Source: Deltaproteobacteria bacterium
Lineage (GTDB): Bacteria; Desulfobacterota; Desulfuromonadia; Geobacterales; DSM-12255
Assembly: GCA_021849045.1 (NCBI GenBank)
Contig: JAJZTK010000002.1
Span: 1,602-65,601 of the forward strand
Length of the DNA stretch: 64,000 bases
Direction: 5' to 3'
Part shown: piece after piece, positions 61,576 to 64,000 of the stretch
Numbering within the stretch: the first letter of the stretch is position 1
Layout: the number at the start of each line of letters is the position of its first letter
Made by a program: the position numbers and the translations under genes
Notes under the pieces: model-generated
Seen by the model: the letters and a program-made list of their open reading frames with translations, nothing else
What the model was told of the DNA's origin: nothing
The model's database searches: none

Positions 61576-61995
61576 TCAACGGTTTTCGTTCATGAACGTG
61601 CAGCCGCTCTGATCTCCCAGCCGGCACGCCTCGGCAAAGTCGTTCTGAGCCCGCTTGTTATCTCCCGCCTCGCTGTAGACCATTCCCCTGGTGACATAGT
61701 GTTGCGCATTATCCGGCTGAAGGGCAATGATCCGATCCAGGTCGGCGAGCGCCTCTTCCTTTCGGTTCAGCTTCAGCAGAAAAAAGGCACGGGCCAGATA
61801 CGGCTCGGGAGAGTCGGGTGTGGCGGCAATGGCTTTGCCGAAGTGATAGAGCGCCTGGTCGTTCATGCCGCGGGCCGTGTACATCTGGGCCAGTTCCGCA
61901 TCGCTGTATGAGCTCAGATCACGGGCGGCAAAACCGGTAAGGAGCATCGTTGCGGCCAGCAGGAAGAGGGTGATGCTCGCTGGTATCTTGGTCAT
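61576..61995 (-). CDS. small secreted TPR-repeat protein
   Basis: ATG 61995 is preceded by GAGGA. The signal-like N-terminus is MTKIPASITLFLLAATMLLTGFAA. TPR-like repeats follow (ALYHFGKAIAATPDSPEPYLARAFFLLKLNRKEEALADLDRIIALQPDN...). It lies 7 nt after the MCP stop. Confidence 0.75.
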   Translation of the reverse strand: MTKIPASITLFLLAATMLLTGFAARDLSSYSDAELAQMYTARGMNDQALYHFGKAIAATPDSPEPYLARAFFLLKLNRKEEALADLDRIIALQPDNAQHYVTRGMVYSEAGDNKRAQNDFAEACRLGDQSGCTFMNENR

Positions 61996-62002
61996 GCTAT
62001 CC

Positions 62003-63700
62003 TCATTCCACCTGAAGCTTTGCCATTTCCCGCCGCAGGACGTCAATCTGGAACGAAAGGCCTTCCACACCCCGTTCCAGGATGCGTGCCGAGTCCAGGT
62101 TGGAGTTGGCCGAGTTCTGGACACTCGCCATGGCATGATCGATCTGCTCGCTGCACGCGGTCTGTTCCTGGCAGGCATCCCGAATTCCCTGGATGATGTC
62201 GGTCATCTGACCGGTTGACGTGGCGATGACCCCGCCGACGGTATGTTGCCTGTCGGTGGAGGCCAGCACTTGGCCGGTAAAATCCTTCATCAGATCTACG
62301 GCCCTCATGACACCTTTGCTGGTGGCGACCTGCTCCTGGCATGAGCGGGCGATCTGGGCGACCATCTCTGCGACGTGCTGCATGGCGCCGTGGATTTCCT
62401 GACTCCCCCTCGCCTGCTCAACGGTAGCATCGGCGATTTCGCCGACCTGCCGGGACGCCATCACGACACCGGAGACCACCTTGGCGAGGGCGTCGCCGGA
62501 GCGCTTGGAGAGCAGTTCCCCTTCGGCGACCTTCTGCTCGGTCTGGCTGATGGCTGTCATGGCCTTGCCGGTCTCTTCCTGCACTCCTTTGATCAATTCG
62601 CCGATCTCCATGGTGGATTGCCGGGTACGATTGGCCAGCGCCTTGATCTCGCTGGAGACGATGGCGAACCCTTTGCCGTGCTCGCCCGCCTGGGCCGCAA
62701 TGATGGCGGAGTTGAGAGCGAGGAGGTTGGTCTGCTCGGCGACTTCGTCGATGACGGAGAGGATGGAACCGATTGCCTCGGCCCGTTCGGTCAGGCTGGC
62801 GATGGATGCCAGGGTCGCCTTGGAGGAGCGGCGGATTTCGTCGATACCGGCGATAGTCGCATCAACGGACTGTTTTCCCAGTTCAGCGTCGTGACGAACG
62901 TTGTCGGAAATCGCCGCCGTTTCCCGGGCGTTCTGTTCGACCTGCTTGATGGTCTCGTCCATCTCGGCCACCGAGGAGGTGGTTTTGTCGGCGGCCTGCA
63001 TCAGGCTTTCCACGTTGCCGCCGATCTCCTCGACAACTGCCGCCATCTGGCCCATGGCGGAGCTGACCTCCTCGATGGATGCGGCCTGAATTTCCACGTT
63101 GTGACGCACTTCATTGATGCTGGCAGCCATTTCATCGATGGCACCGGTATTTTTTCGGGCTGAAGCGGTCAGGTTCTGGACGCCGTCGGATACCTTGGCG
63201 ACCGAACCATTGATCCGTTTGACCGCGTCCGATGCCGTTGCAACTTCGTTTGACTGGGTCTCCGCCGCGTTGATGACGGTTGTGGCGACGGCCCTGTTTT
63301 CAGCGGAAATGCGTATCAGTTCGATGATGGCTTTTTTTGTGTTGGTTACCAACTCGCCAAGTCTGGCCAGCATGCCGTTGAAGTTTTGTGCCAGTTGCCC
63401 GAGTTCATCGCCGGTGGTTACCGGAACCCTGATGGTCAGATCGCCTTCGGCACCCCTCCTGAGTGCCGCGGCAAGAGTCTTGATCCTCTTAGCCAAGCCG
63501 CGGGCTATTAACATCAGGACAACCAGCGCAAAGAGGATGGCGCAGGCACCAAAGGCAGATCTGCAGAAAAAAGCGAACTGTTCCGGGGGGATAACGATGA
63601 GGATATTGCTGGCTGCAAGCAGGCCGATGCCTGAAACGGCAAAGCCCACGAGCAGCAGGAGGTGAATCAGGCGAGAACCAAACCGTAGGTTACGTGCCAT
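62003..63700 (-). CDS. methyl-accepting chemotaxis protein
   Basis: 565 aa with two N-terminal TM segments and almost no periplasmic loop, then HAMP. The conserved signalling hairpin is [36 protein letters not shown]. Confidence 0.9.
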   Translation of the reverse strand: MARNLRFGSRLIHLLLLVGFAVSGIGLLAASNILIVIPPEQFAFFCRSAFGACAILFALVVLMLIARGLAKRIKTLAAALRRGAEGDLTIRVPVTTGDELGQLAQNFNGMLARLGELVTNTKKAIIELIRISAENRAVATTVINAAETQSNEVATASDAVKRINGSVAKVSDGVQNLTASARKNTGAIDEMAASINEVRHNVEIQAASIEEVSSAMGQMAAVVEEIGGNVESLMQAADKTTSSVAEMDETIKQVEQNARETAAISDNVRHDAELGKQSVDATIAGIDEIRRSSKATLASIASLTERAEAIGSILSVIDEVAEQTNLLALNSAIIAAQAGEHGKGFAIVSSEIKALANRTRQSTMEIGELIKGVQEETGKAMTAISQTEQKVAEGELLSKRSGDALAKVVSGVVMASRQVGEIADATVEQARGSQEIHGAMQHVAEMVAQIARSCQEQVATSKGVMRAVDLMKDFTGQVLASTDRQHTVGGVIATSTGQMTDIIQGIRDACQEQTACSEQIDHAMASVQNSANSNLDSARILERGVEGLSFQIDVLRREMAKLQVE

Positions 63701-63827
63701 GCCATGTCCTGAAAAAGATATAGAAGTAATCCAAGGCGTTTATTTTACCCGGATGCCTGCCACATGCAACCAGATTTTTTTTAATCATCAGTCCTTGCTG
63801 GGAAAAATGCCACTCATTTTATGGCGG

Positions 63828-63855
63828 TGGACAATCAAGATTGGTGCTGTATAAT
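63828..63855 (+). promoter_or_regulatory. candidate sigma70-type promoter for the small paralog gene
   Basis: TGGACA-N16-TATAAT (perfect -10). It is followed by a GGGAGGA SD (63873-63879) and ATG 63887. Confidence 0.45.
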
Positions 63856-63886
63856 CCATTCGCCATGAAATAGGGAGGACTGTGCC

Positions 63887-64000
63887 ATGCTGATCAAGGT
63901 AATATACAGCGACAATACTGCCGATATGGTCAAGAATTATCTGCTGGAAGGCCTCATAACTTCCGGCCGGATCGTCGCTTTTCGCCGGTCAGACGGGTGG
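63887..64000 (+). CDS. small conserved hypothetical protein, N-terminal 38 codons (3' end outside window); paralog of 12627-12830
   Basis: MLIKVIYSDNTADMVKNYLLEGLITSGRIVAFRRSDGW shares the pattern (I/V)IYxDNxxDMVKxxxLxxLIxSxxxxxFxRSxGW with the 67-aa protein at 12627-12830. Confidence 0.6.
   Translation, partial: MLIKVIYSDNTADMVKNYLLEGLITSGRIVAFRRSDGW

Noticed and set aside
1-64000. Mobile elements, prophage, defence islands, tRNA/rRNA genes and sigma54 promoters (TGGCAC-N5-TTGC).
   Set aside because: I recognised no transposase, integrase, recombinase, phage structural or restriction/defence-type protein. No cloverleaf-like or rRNA-like sequence appears in the gaps. TGGCAC occurrences (for example 9688, 28657, 33465, 47807) lie inside coding sequence and lack the -12 TTGC element.

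Overview
GC-rich chromosomal segment that looks like a Geobacteraceae (Desulfuromonadales) genome. The lineage call rests on a close PpcA-type triheme cytochrome c7 gene and many Geobacter-style signalling genes. Almost all of it is densely packed core and housekeeping genes. Left to right: the distal half of the dcw cell-wall/division cluster (mraY partial, murD, ftsW, murG, murC, murB, ddl, ftsQ, ftsA, ftsZ). Then a TIGR03960-like radical SAM gene, an OmpA-like lipoprotein, a membrane HTH regulator plus PilZ pair divergent from ppcA, and a DinG helicase with an N-terminal RadC-like JAB domain. Then comF, a LUD-domain gene, uvrB, tatA and two-component genes. Next is a glycogen block: nucleotidyltransferase/phosphohexomutase-like fusion, GH57, GalT-like, glgA and a large GH13 enzyme, interrupted by a sensor kinase with c-type heme motifs. 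Then lipA, a DUF748/AsmA-like giant, an LplA/LipM-like ligase, small RHH and wHTH regulators, IclR, a PATAN(DUF4388)-GAF protein with pilT, and the glycine cleavage operon gcvT-H-PA-PB. Finally a GGDEF cyclase coupled to a thiolase-like protein, a frameshifted VOC gene, a WbuC cupin, an aminotransferase, yjbQ, a TPR protein and an MCP. I recognised no rRNA, tRNA, CRISPR array, transposase, integrase or phage gene. Most long antisense ORFs in the track are GC-shadow artefacts. Items worth a second look: (1) a class of 7-nt-periodic imperfect hairpins in three sequence families at six loci, two of them embedded in coding sequence (murG, comF); (2) the JAB-DinG fusion; (3) a 168-nt rod-shaped structure with a symmetric central bubble (6S-RNA-like) in the comF-proximal gap; (4) two paralogous small proteins; (5) a thiolase-like protein whose nucleophile Cys appears replaced by Ser, coupled to a diguanylate cyclase; (6) a G10 tract that frameshifts a VOC gene. 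All functional calls come from motif recognition by eye. No database search was run.
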